A DNA stretch of 64,000 nucleotides, from the NCBI GenBank assembly GCA_043228905.1, contig JBHGNT010000001.1, positions 28,334,001 through 28,398,000 of the forward strand. The letters run 5' to 3'. Positions 40,060-51,612 of this stretch are shown in pieces. The stretch is from Azolla caroliniana (taxonomy: Eukaryota > Plantae > Polypodiophyta). The notes below the pieces were generated by a model, which saw only the letters and a program-made list of their open reading frames with translations, ran no database searches and had not been told where the DNA came from. The position numbers were made by a program, and so were the translations under genes. Each line of letters begins with the position of its first letter. The stretch's first letter is position 1.

Positions 40060-40945
40060 GCAGTTGAAAACATATTGGAGATGGATCTGGTCTTTCAAGG
40101 GGCCCACTAAATTTATTCTTTTTAGATGGCTAGTAGTGCATGCAACATTTCCAGTTGGCTAGTCATTGAAAGAGAATGTAGCACCTAATCTTAGGCAATG
40201 TGGCTTTTGCTATGCAACTCAGGAGACTACTAAGCATGCCGCCTGGTCTTGTCCCTTGGCTCATCGAGTATGGAATAAAGTTCTTTCTTTATTCTTAACG
40301 ATCAATGTTGGTTGCTTGTTCTCATGGGGAGTAGTGGTGTGGGGACTTTTACATTCCAGCTTGATGTTGTAAGAGGAAGACGATATTCAAGTGGCCATGA
40401 TGGTACACAATAGAAGATTGATATTGGTTAGTCCATTTCAACAATCTCGAAAGTAGGTGTGATCTATCCAGGTTTGGAAATCTGTGACTACGGTAATGTT
40501 ATGTGTATTATGGAAATGTAGATGTAGTCGACTTTATGATGCAACAAATCTTGGTCCTTCAGATGTACTGCTTGAGATATGGGAAACATTATTGACAGTA
40601 GTCTGTGGGCAGTATGATAATATGTATGGTTCTCTAGAAAATGTTCATAAGAGAAGGACGAAGCTTCTTCACTTATGGAGGAAGTTGCTCCTCTTTGTAG
40701 TGTCAAATCAAGGGCCTCAATGGAACTATCAACATCCATGGTCCCTTTCTTGAATATCAGTACATCATGGTAATGTATTGTATCAAGGTTCAAAACCCCT
40801 TTATAAGTTGTTTTTGTATGTACAGGTTTTGGTGTACATACAATGTCTTTTATTCTATGTTGTAAGCCTCTAGGCAGATAACTTCAACTTGTAATCTTCA
40901 AACGCTTTTAATACTATTGAAGAAAATCTTTCAAGGAAAAAGAAG
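40060..40945 (+). mobile_element. 5'-truncated L1-type LINE 3' end (zf-RVT region), degenerate
   Basis: CGFCYATQETTKHAAWSCPLAHRVW (zf-RVT CCHC), then VLWKCRC. Internal stops and an A-rich end near 40920-40945. Confidence 0.75.
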
Positions 40946-43705
40946 AAGCCCACGCAAAAGCATGAAATAGTCGTCAATAGTAGAGAACATAGAAAAATAA
41001 CCAACATCTTATTGTTGTTGAAATAACCATCCATGGTTATGATAACATATACTTCTTTATGAAAGAATTCTCCAAACTACAAGGCAATGTTATTGTAGGC
41101 ATAAAGCATGGTTTAGAGAGAAGCAAGTGTCATGAACATATAAAATGTCATAAGTTCACGTTCATATCTAAACATTGTACATCTTCACATTATTGTGAGG
41201 CATTGTGAATCCATTATGCTCCTTGAACACATTTCTCTCATAGCTAGAATGTGCACTCTCAAGTCCAACTTTGATAAGTAAAATTCTTGAAAATTGAGAG
41301 TCACATCTCAATTCAACGTGTATTACTGAGAAATGTTTCACTTTTGATCCCACATGTCATGTTTGATCTTGGTGAATGACAATATAACCTCTCTCTCTCT
41401 CTCTCTCTTGGTAAAAACGCACAATTACATTAATAAATGTGTGTGAAAAATAATACAATGGGGTATGGTCACAACTACACGAGTAGTGGAACATGTTGAA
41501 TTGCCAATAGGCAAGACGCACACTCCATTGATGAAAAAAAATGCTACTTACTTCCAATAAAGAAATTTGCCATGAGCAAGCATACATTCTATGAAATGAA
41601 GAGTACTATCTTCCACTTGAATAGTGCAAAAGAAGAAATTGCCCATTTGTTAGTCCACGTCGCTTTAGTGGTAATCCCAAAGGCAAAACCCCAATCAAAA
41701 GTCTCCAAATGAAGACCTTTGTTCTTGTTCTGCCTTAGATGATAGCCATCTCGTTCTCAATTTCATATGATCTCTAAGATAGGTTTACGTTACTTGTTCT
41801 CTACTTTATATGAATGTTGGTAACACGGTCTATGAATAGTCTTTCCCTTCACTTTTCAAACTCTACTAATGCACTAAGATAAACATTTTTTTTTGCTAAC
41901 AGAATCATTGTGCCCACATTCTTTGAAATAGCTCTCAACACAGGTATTTTTCACATATTTTGTAACATAGCTAATCTTCATATTCAAGAAATGTTTTTTC
42001 ACATCCATTGCAAAATTGATTGGCAGAATAAAATATATGAGCGATTATAATTAAGTTTCAACTACTTCATTATTGGAAGAACATGGAGGGCCAGAGTTTG
42101 GGATCTCAATGTCAAGTCTTTCAGGGATGCCAATACATTTCTAGTTCACCATTGCTTGCAAAATTATCTCTATTTTTGCCATCTTTATGCATGAGTTGCT
42201 TATCAACATTTTTGTTGTTGTGCTAGTTAATCTTGTAGCTAGTAGTATTACATGATGAAATTTCACTATAAGGATGTCTCTTTTGGAATACAATGGTTGG
42301 CTACAAAGTGAGAAGGCTAACAAACCACTATTATTGGAACAAATTGTTAATTGCTTTTAAGCACTAGTTATTGTACACAAACAAATAACAGAGAATGAGA
42401 TAACATAAAAAATGACATCAACAATAATGTTTGTTGCAAAGATAATAACAAATGGGATTTATATATTTTGCAAATGCTTTAAAGACGTCATCATATGGGA
42501 TACAATGATTCACACCAAAGATATAGAAAAGAGGGCGAATTAATAGTAAGAATGCAAAGTTTGGCACTAGAAGCATAGAAAAGCTAACAAATTCACTTGT
42601 GAAAAGCATAATGAACCAACTTAATGAGTGTTCCTAATCCCACACTCCATAGTAGAATACCTGATTCTATTAATACCAAAATAGATTGATGAATTGATTC
42701 AGATAGATTAAATGTACATAATTGCCAAAGCTTTTTGTATAATTTTCTAGCTCGTTCCAATTTCCAATATGTCATTATTATTGGTTATGGCGAGTCAGGA
42801 CTGTTACACTAATCATAATATACAAGCATCACACGGAAGAGATGCTTCAACAGCAGCGTTAAAAAAATAGGAAATTTCACCATAATACCATCACCCATGC
42901 TTACAGGATGTACTTTGTATATTGATCCTCAATAGGATGGAGGAATTGAATGTATGATACACATGAAAATTCGATAGAAGCTCAAGAACTTAGAGAAGGG
43001 ATAACAAAAGAATCATCATCATACCTAAGAGATGGTAAACTGTCTTTGGGCCAACCCACCCCCACCTGGAACCATCTTCATAACCACCGGATTCATATTC
43101 TTCTAAAAGTAAACAAATGTCAGATTTCATGTTCTTAAAAACCTATGCATGTACCCTTGTAAATTGGATAATTTATAATCATCCCAATATCCTTCACTTT
43201 TTTCAACAAAACTGGTGCAAAGAGCTTTCTTGTGACAAGGATAACTGCACATCAAAATGATAAATTGGACAATTCATAATCATGCCAGTACCCTCGAGTT
43301 TTTTCAACAAAACTGGTGCAACGAGATTTCTTGTAATGAGAGTAAGAAAAATTCAGCTTGAAAGGCTTCTTGGTTCTCCTGATTAGTCCAGTTTAACCTT
43401 ATCATCCATCATAAACAACAGAATGATGGCATGAAGATCTTGACAATAATTTGATTTGAACTTTGCTTTGCTTTCATAAATCGAGGCACTTGTGTTCAAA
43501 CAAAGTGGCCTTCTCATGAAGGATGGCATCAAGTGATCATGACGCAAATTTTTTAAAACTTGGGCACTGACTGCTCCCATTTCGATATTGGAATATTGCA
43601 TCATAATGGCATTTTAAGATCCGAGTAATAAACCCTCTTCTTTAAGCTTGTTAATCAAGACTTTAAGTTTGAGATGCCCATTGATCTTAATATAAATCAA
43701 ACCCA

Positions 43706-46186
43706 CTAAGAATTCAGGTCAGTTGGCTTTTGTGACTGTACAATTCCGTAGTTTTCTTGCAACCACTTGAGTTTTTCATTAAGGTTGGCATTCAAGAATG
43801 CATTATACACAGACAGGTACATCCGATGATCAATTTTTACACCTGCTTTTGCGGCATCAGTTAGAAGAATTTCAAGATCACCATATTTGCCAGCTTTTGT
43901 AAATGTGTTGATCATTGTTGCAACGAGAGTCCCATCCAACGCGATATCCATTGACTTTAGGTCAGTGAATAATTCTATAGCTTTTTCAAGTTCATTAGCT
44001 CTAGAAGCTGCCATAATTAGTGAGCTATATGTAATTGAATCCGGTGAAATTCGTGATGCAACCATCTTCTCGAAATAAAACAAAGCATTCTCAAGTTTAC
44101 CTGATTTACCAAACATATCAATTAAGATGTTATATACCCAAGCATTCAACCGACATCCTGCTTTCTTCATCTCATTAAATGTTGACATAGCCTTCTCAAT
44201 GTCACCCTTCTTGCTATACATATCAATGATGGTACAATAAGCCACAACACTTTTATTAAACCCATTCTTTAGCATTTCCTGAAATGTCTTCTGTGCAGCG
44301 TGTTCGTCCTTCAACTTCACATATACTTTGATCATCGATGCATAAGTAACTTCACGCACCGGACATCCAGACCTCTTCATATCCGAGTAAATCTCGAGTA
44401 CCTCATCGAAATAATTTGCTCTTGCATACGCATTCATAACAATATGGTAGGCATATTCATGAGTCTTCACTCCATGTTCCTTCATCATAAGGAGCACTTC
44501 ATGTGCTTGTTTTGGCATACCAGCATCGGCGTACATTTTGATCATCGTTGAGAATATAATGGGGTCAAGCTTAAAAGATTGTTTACAAGAATCTTGGAAG
44601 ACTAAATCAGCTTGTTCATACATCTTAGCCTTTGCAAACGCATGTATCAATGAATTGTATGCGACTCGGTCAGGTTGTAATCCTTGTTGCTGCATCTGGA
44701 GGAAAAGAGAGGAAGCCTCCCAGACTTTTCCAGCTTTCCCTAACGTATCCAAACCAATGCTATAAGCCTTTGTATCAATGGGTAACCCCTGGTTTTGCAT
44801 ATCCTGAAAGAAATCTATGGCTTTCAGTGTCTCTCCAGAATCTCTTAGAGAAGAAAGCATGATGCAAAAGGATGTCAAATCCTGAGGGATACTTTCGGCT
44901 TTCATTCTATCAAACACACAGAATACCCGGGTATACAACTTCTCTTTGTAGTAAGCGAGCATGAGGCTGTTAAATGGACCTGTAGCCTCTTGCAAGTTTC
45001 CTTTCATTCTATCGAACCATGTTTCCACCAGGTCAAATCGACGAGCTTTGGTAAGCTCCTTAATCATTCGAGAAAATGTATCAATGGAGAGATGAACATT
45101 CCTTTCGATAGAATCCTTATAAAGTTCCTCAGTTGCCCGCCATTTCTGCGCCCTAACAAAGTTCCGAAATGCAGCGAAGAATACATCATCATTGAGCTCA
45201 AATCCTGGCTGATTCTTCATCCATGAAAAGAGTTCAAGCCCTAAAGATTTCATTTGCAAACGGCTGAAGAGTAAAAGCATAGCATCGGTGGAAAGGTTCA
45301 TTGTCCTTCCATGGAGAAGGCCTTTTAGAGATTCTGTGGATCTAACAATGGAGATATTATCCACAAGTTCATGTAGATTGGAAAACTCTTTCTTAGCATC
45401 AGTTTTAGCAGAATTCTGTATGGAATCACTTATTTTTCCAACATTTATGGCTGACGTAGCCACATTTAACTCATTTTTAAAATCCGATTTAGCTACACCT
45501 ATCTTGGAATCACTCCTCATTGCCACAATTTTCTCTTTCGTAGCATTGGGTTTAACCACATTGAGGTCAGATGTAACCACATTCAAATCCTTGTTATCAT
45601 TGGATTGAACTGCATCTTGCTTTGAACCACTACTAATTAATACATTTAGGTCATATTTAAACACACTTAACTCCTTAGGTTTGGGTTGAGGAACTTCTTG
45701 CCTCGAATCACTCCTTGTTACTGCATTTAGATCAGGTTTAACCTCATTTAACTCCTTAGCACATGTCCTAACAATATCTTGCTTTGAGACACTCATTTTT
45801 ACCAGATTTAGTTCATCTAACTCCTTCTTGGCATCATATTTAACCATACCTTGATTGGAGTCACTTCTTATCACCACATTCATGTCAGGTTTAACCACAT
45901 TTAGGTCAAGCTTTAGGTTTTCCTTATCAGGTCTAGGAGTGATAGCATCAGGGGAAGCCTCCTGCTTGATCGCGTTGATGCTTCCATAGCTAGGTTGGTA
46001 GAGTGCATCTTCTTTGTTGAAGCTATCGATAGCAACTCCTCTGTGCATTGATCTTCCGCAAACGGTTTGATGATGAAGATGCTGACGAGGGTGATTCCTG
46101 AGGAGAAACCACGGAACCTTGTGACTGAAGAGGGCGAGGTCTTGAGGTGAGAAGCCATGAAAAGCTCTGCTGCCCATGAGAGGCAT
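43706..46186 (-). CDS. P-class PPR protein, likely organelle-targeted, with a repetitive N-terminal linker
   Basis: Tandem 35-aa P motifs (AYSIGLDTLGKAG, AYNSLIHAFAKAK, TYASMIKVY, AYCTIIDMYSKKG, VYNILIDMFGKSG). The likely start is MPLMGSRAFH at 46186. From memory the C-terminus resembles Arabidopsis At5g13770; not verified by search. Confidence 0.92.
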   Translation of the reverse strand: MPLMGSRAFHGFSPQDLALFSHKVPWFLLRNHPRQHLHHQTVCGRSMHRGVAIDSFNKEDALYQPSYGSINAIKQEASPDAITPRPDKENLKLDLNVVKPDMNVVIRSDSNQGMVKYDAKKELDELNLVKMSVSKQDIVRTCAKELNEVKPDLNAVTRSDSRQEVPQPKPKELSVFKYDLNVLISSGSKQDAVQSNDNKDLNVVTSDLNVVKPNATKEKIVAMRSDSKIGVAKSDFKNELNVATSAINVGKISDSIQNSAKTDAKKEFSNLHELVDNISIVRSTESLKGLLHGRTMNLSTDAMLLLFSRLQMKSLGLELFSWMKNQPGFELNDDVFFAAFRNFVRAQKWRATEELYKDSIERNVHLSIDTFSRMIKELTKARRFDLVETWFDRMKGNLQEATGPFNSLMLAYYKEKLYTRVFCVFDRMKAESIPQDLTSFCIMLSSLRDSGETLKAIDFFQDMQNQGLPIDTKAYSIGLDTLGKAGKVWEASSLFLQMQQQGLQPDRVAYNSLIHAFAKAKMYEQADLVFQDSCKQSFKLDPIIFSTMIKMYADAGMPKQAHEVLLMMKEHGVKTHEYAYHIVMNAYARANYFDEVLEIYSDMKRSGCPVREVTYASMIKVYVKLKDEHAAQKTFQEMLKNGFNKSVVAYCTIIDMYSKKGDIEKAMSTFNEMKKAGCRLNAWVYNILIDMFGKSGKLENALFYFEKMVASRISPDSITYSSLIMAASRANELEKAIELFTDLKSMDIALDGTLVATMINTFTKAGKYGDLEILLTDAAKAGVKIDHRMYLSVYNAFLNANLNEKLKWLQENYGIVQSQKPTDLNS

Positions 46187-46334
46187 AATTCCTGTTCTTC
46201 TTTCCTTACCCTGGGACAGGGCAGGCAGGTGGATTTTCATTCTTATCATAAAACAATAACAAAAGAAGAAGAATTGTGAAGTTGGGATAGGTGGGTGTGG
46301 TCCATTGTGCTTGTCCACGGCAGGCGAGGAATGG

Positions 46335-46560
46335 ACCCACGGGCCCATCAGGGTTCGCTCCATTTCCCATGGTGGCCGGCCGGGCATGACATACGCATGG
46401 GCCCATCGGCCACGGCCATTCCAGTGGGTTTGGTCCATCCATCAGTTTCCCACAACGGCTCAAGATGCTCGTGATGTACGCATGGAACACACACTCCGTG
46501 CCACATTGGCCCATGCCCCCATTCTAGTCTTATCTCCCCTTGCACACGGCCCATCCACTT
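46335..46560. promoter_or_regulatory. GC-rich promoter segment with clustered site II-like (GGCCCA/TGGGCC) motifs
   Basis: GGCCCA occurs at ~46342, ~46400, ~46508 and ~46548, upstream of the P-class PPR start. Confidence 0.45.
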
Positions 46561-47919
46561 CATCCGACTCTCCCTCCTCCTATTGTCCCCATCGGTTTCT
46601 CTTGTCATGTTATGCCTCTTTTTTGTGGTCCATCGATCATGTCCACACACCCTTACCGTTCGATCCAAGCCGCCCCCCCTCATTTACATATATGTCTCCA
46701 TGACTTTGCTATTGGATTAGTGCTTGCTTCGATGGTTTTGTGAGTGTGCTCTCGCATCATGGGATTGTGACAACAACAGCAATAATTTCATTTGAACAAA
46801 TTGAGACTAATTTCCTACTAGTCGACTTATTTAGCCACGTATATTTGATTACATTAAGGCTAGATGCCCAAGGCTTCCTAGGACCGAGTTCATATATATA
46901 TATATAGAATATCTATCTATCTATATATTGCTTTCTATTGTTAAAGAGAGACAAAATAAAGCCAGAGAAATGATTATTATCAAATAATACACCATCTTGC
47001 TTCCATAACATAGTCGGTTAGAGCAAGTGGTTCTTAACTATACAGATCACAGCTCGTGTTGCATCGTGCTACAACCAAAAGAAACAACGGGTAGAGAACA
47101 AAATTTGGATGTGTCTTTTTTGTTAGCACAAATGGTTCTTTGTGCTTCCACATTTCTTTAAATACATTGAATTTTTATTAACCCTAATGACTACCTCAAC
47201 CATGGCATTAACCCTTAATGGCCTTCTATTTGACCATGGTGAAAGTTTGAATTGGTGCTTGTTGACACCAAAACTCCCCCCTTTACGCGCTTTATCAACA
47301 CCATCGGCATCTCTCAAACTATGGTATTTGATCTCGATATGCTTGGTCTACCCATGATTTGAGATTGTTCAGGACAAATTTGCAACTTTGGTTTTCATAT
47401 GCTTTTCAAGTCATCTTCCTTTAAATCAACATTCTTGTACCCTTTTGCAATCACACTAAGACTTCAAACCAAAGTTTGTCCCTTGACTAAAATTGATGCC
47501 AATGTCGAGTGTGTCATGCATCCTAACTTGCCTAAATTCGGATCAAGTTGTTGACATTCAACCAAATAGCCTAAGTTCAAGCTTTGCATCGCAAAGATAA
47601 AAGGGACTCTTTATTCAAATGCCACGTGCTCTCTCCACCCTTGTCAAGCTTTGGGTTGACCTCCATTAGTTTGGAGACTAACTTATGATCTTCCATCATG
47701 AATGCTATTATAAGGGGTTTATGTAATTACTAATAATTATACATATGGAGATAAAATTTAGGCGTGCATTAGAATGAGAAACAACATCCACAAAAAAGGC
47801 TCTTGACCCACAAGGCCTAAATACAAAGCTTATCTTGATGTGTGCATCCTCCCTAAGAAGGGATGCTTATGTGTTTGAGCAATATATGTATGTGTGCAAA
47901 TAATGCACTCATGTATGAG

Positions 47920-48110
47920 CTCAACCTTTCAGGTGGTTAAGTATGACACTAAACTTATCTCGCCATCTTAACATGCTATGAAATGTCTCACAAATCATAT
48001 TACATGTTGAGCAAGTATAAAGCAAATGATATTCATCCTCCTCTAGGTGTTCATTGCATATTGTACATGTCATCATGCTTTGATGTATTTTGATTGTGTG
48101 CAAAGTAGTG
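47920..48110 (-). mobile_element. LINE C-terminal zinc-knuckle fragment
   Basis: CTICNEHLEEDEYHLLYTC matches the C..C...EDE.H...C motif at the end of LINE ORF2. Confidence 0.6.
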
Positions 48111-49583
48111 AAAGGGTTTTGTGATAGTTAAAATCCATGTTGCTTATAAGACATGGTTGAATATGACCTATATGAATCATCCTGTCCATGAGTGTCACTT
48201 GGATTGCATTGTTTCTCTGACATGTACTAACTTTTCCAACCAACTTGAAGCTTGAACTCAAAACATACATTATTTTTGGCAAGTACATCCTAACCAAGAT
48301 ATTCAAGGCTTTTGAACTAATTGTCTGGATTCTCCATTATATTTAAAGTGGGGTATTGGTGAGGTTGTATAGCTACCCCATCATGTTTGTTTTATCCGCA
48401 TGAACAATTAGTCCACCAGTTTGGCCAAATGCTTCTTTAACTCCCCAAGTAAGCATTACATGTCTAAAGAAAGGCCTAGGAGATATGGAAGGGCTTGCGA
48501 TCGAGCCAAAAGGGCTATGAAAGTATACACATTGTAAAGCATGAAAGGGGAATAATTGATCAATGAGTTTCATTGCTATTCTCTCTCTAACCCAAAGAGC
48601 AGGCGGATCCTTTCATGTTTGATTATTAGGCCAATTATTCAAAACCCATTTGAATTGATTATCATTTGATACGTAGAGTAGAAGGATCATTATTTGCGCA
48701 CATTGTTTTGACATAGAAGATGGCTTTTTTGGGCATATCATGAATCTAGGTTCTATTTGGCCATGGCACATCTTTAACATTTTCTACTTGAGTAAGAGCC
48801 CTTTGTGATTTAGGCCACCACTACATTATAAGGACTAGATCTTCAACCTCTTTCAATATTAGATCCTACAACCACAAACCATGCTACTTTCTTTTGGGAT
48901 TCTTGATTTTCTTTTCTCCATGAAATTTTGGGGTTCTAGCCACACCTTTCACTCAAACTTTATTTATATGACTATTGCACACAATGTAGTGATTTCAATT
49001 AAAAGACGAATTAAATTTTGTACCTACATCATCCATAGTACTCAAGGGTAGTGTATTCCTCAATAGTAGTCTTCAACATCCCATCCTTATTTACCAATTA
49101 TCGTACTCTTATGGGGGTCATCGATTCACTATAAGATTGTGTGGTGGTTAGAAACTTTCTATACATCTACCCTAACGGAATTAGTCTCATGAGGTGATGC
49201 TTCTATTACTTGGAGGTCTTGTAAGAAATATTCAAAAAGGAGATGTCAAGCATGATACACCCACTCCATATTTTTTTCAACAAATTGGCTTTGTGAGTAG
49301 CTATGGATTTATGAGGCATCTAAATGTTGAAAATTAGCAATTCATGTATCATGAAACTACAAGAAAACAAGGAAATATAAAAGAATGCATCTTAATGTTG
49401 AAATTAACCTTTATGTATCCTGAATATGTGAAAGATTTGTTATATAATTAAGAATGTGTTGTAGGAAGCTCGTGTCTTTACGGTTATTTTTGTGGCCAAA
49501 TTCTATGTCTATCCTATTGTTGGAATAATGGGTGGTGGTTATCAAACACCACCAAGTTTCTCATGATCTTGTGGATTCTTTGG

Positions 49584-49630
<47 letters not shown>

Positions 49631-51612
49631 AACTTCATCAAGGAAGAATTGCTCTCAATCACAAAACATGACATAACTTTTGCACAATAAAGTCATAGAA
49701 ATATTAATAAGGAAATATCAACACTTTCTATTTATCAAAATTACCTAGCTAACACAAGGTTGTTGGCATAAAAGGCAGACTCCTTCCACTTTGTATCTTT
49801 AGTGTGAACACGTCTTTGAGTTAGGGCTTGAGTATATAAAGCTCAACCCTAACATTGTATACACTCTCAAAGAGAAAAGAGTTATAGAGAAGAGAATAAG
49901 AGAGAACTTCCATTGACGCTTAAATTGTGTCTGTCGTCTACCTTTCTTCCTCTTCTTCTTGTTGCATATGTGTGTTTGCTATACACATCTTACTGCAAGT
50001 CATCATCATCATCATCCGCTGCCCACCACCATATCATCAACAAGTGGTATCAGATTGACTTGCTGTCCAGCGGCAACGAAAAGCAAAAAAGACTGAGAAG
50101 GGAAGCTATCCGGCTGAAAGAAAAGACCAGGTTAGTAAAATCTACTTTCCAGAAAAATGGCGACATAGTCTGACACAAATGTGAAAATCCGGAAGTTCGA
50201 TGGGAAGAACCTCACCCTATGGAAAGAGATGATGTAGGATGTACTCATCATACGGAGCCAAATCAAGGTTATACGACACAACAACAAACCAACCTCGATG
50301 CCAACAAAAGAATGACGTTCACTGGACGAGATAGCCAGGTCGACCAGTCGAATGCATCTAACTGAGAACGTCTATTTCAGCATGGCAAAGGAGACAACAC
50401 CATTCTCTCTGTGGGAAAAGTTACAGGTTGTGTACGAGAAAAAGTCCTCTTCAAAGTTGACACTGATCTAACAGTTATTCAACATGAAGATGAAAGAAAC
50501 AGATCCAATAACCTCCCACATCAACACCTTCACTCGGGTATTGTTTGAACTCTCGTCCCAAGAGATCAACTTCGAAGAAGAAGTTAAAGCCCTTGCCCTC
50601 CTTTAGAGCTTGCCGACAAGTTGGGAGGTATTTTGCACGACTTTTGCCAATGATTGTCCGAATCTAAATCTAGATGAAACGATCGGATAAGTCCTCATTG
50701 AGGATTTTCGGCGAAAATCAATGGGACTCACCATCGATAAGTTGGCAGAAGCCCACCACTCGACTGAGTCGATCAAAAGAACAAGTCAAGAGAACTAGTC
50801 GACCAAGAAAGGGGGGAGACTGACAACGATCAAAGTCGAGGAATAGTCGATCAAGTAAATTTTGCATCCACTACAGAAAAGTTGTTCACAATGTTTTTGA
50901 CTATTGGTTGATAAAGAGGAAGGAGAACAATCAATGATTCAAGCGGAACTCAGGACGATCTAACTCGAACCGTTTTCCAGTCAACAACCAAATCAATGTT
51001 GTCGACTTCCAATTAGGAGAAATCCTATCTCTAGAGGACTCGATGATTGGAGAAGTCCTCTACATTGCACAAGTCGCACAAACATGGCTACTGGATTCCG
51101 GTGCCATATTTCATGTGACCCCAAATATCGAATGGTTTTCAAACTATTCGGTTTGAGCCAGCGGCACAGTCCGATGAGGCAACGGGCAGGAGTGTCTGCA
51201 TCCAATTGCCAAATGGCAATACTATCACCTTGCAGTGAGTGCAACATGTACCCATGTTGAAGAGGAGTCTGGTCTCCATCGACATGCTAACTGAAGCCGG
51301 GTACAAAACGACTCTCGATGAGTCATCATGGATGATCAACCGAGAAAATATGAAGATAGGAAATGGATACAAGTACAATAACTTGTATCCACTGATGGCG
51401 ATCTATCTAGAAGGTGCCGTGAACATAGTCGAATCGCGGGACTCAAACCTATGGCATGGCTGACTAGGCCATATGTCTCAAGCCGGACTGGACCGACTGA
51501 TGGCGATCGGCTACATCCCGAAACTCTAGACGACGACGAACTTCTGGGAGCATTGTCGTTATGGGAAACATGCCCGAAGGCCGCACTCTCTCCACTATGA
51601 CAACCTCTAGAG

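Noticed and set aside
46187-46438. N-terminal 84 aa of the 910-aa ORF
   Set aside because: The sequence is GC-rich, promoter-like with GGCCCA motifs, and gives an implausible peptide. A start at 46186 or 46177 is more likely.
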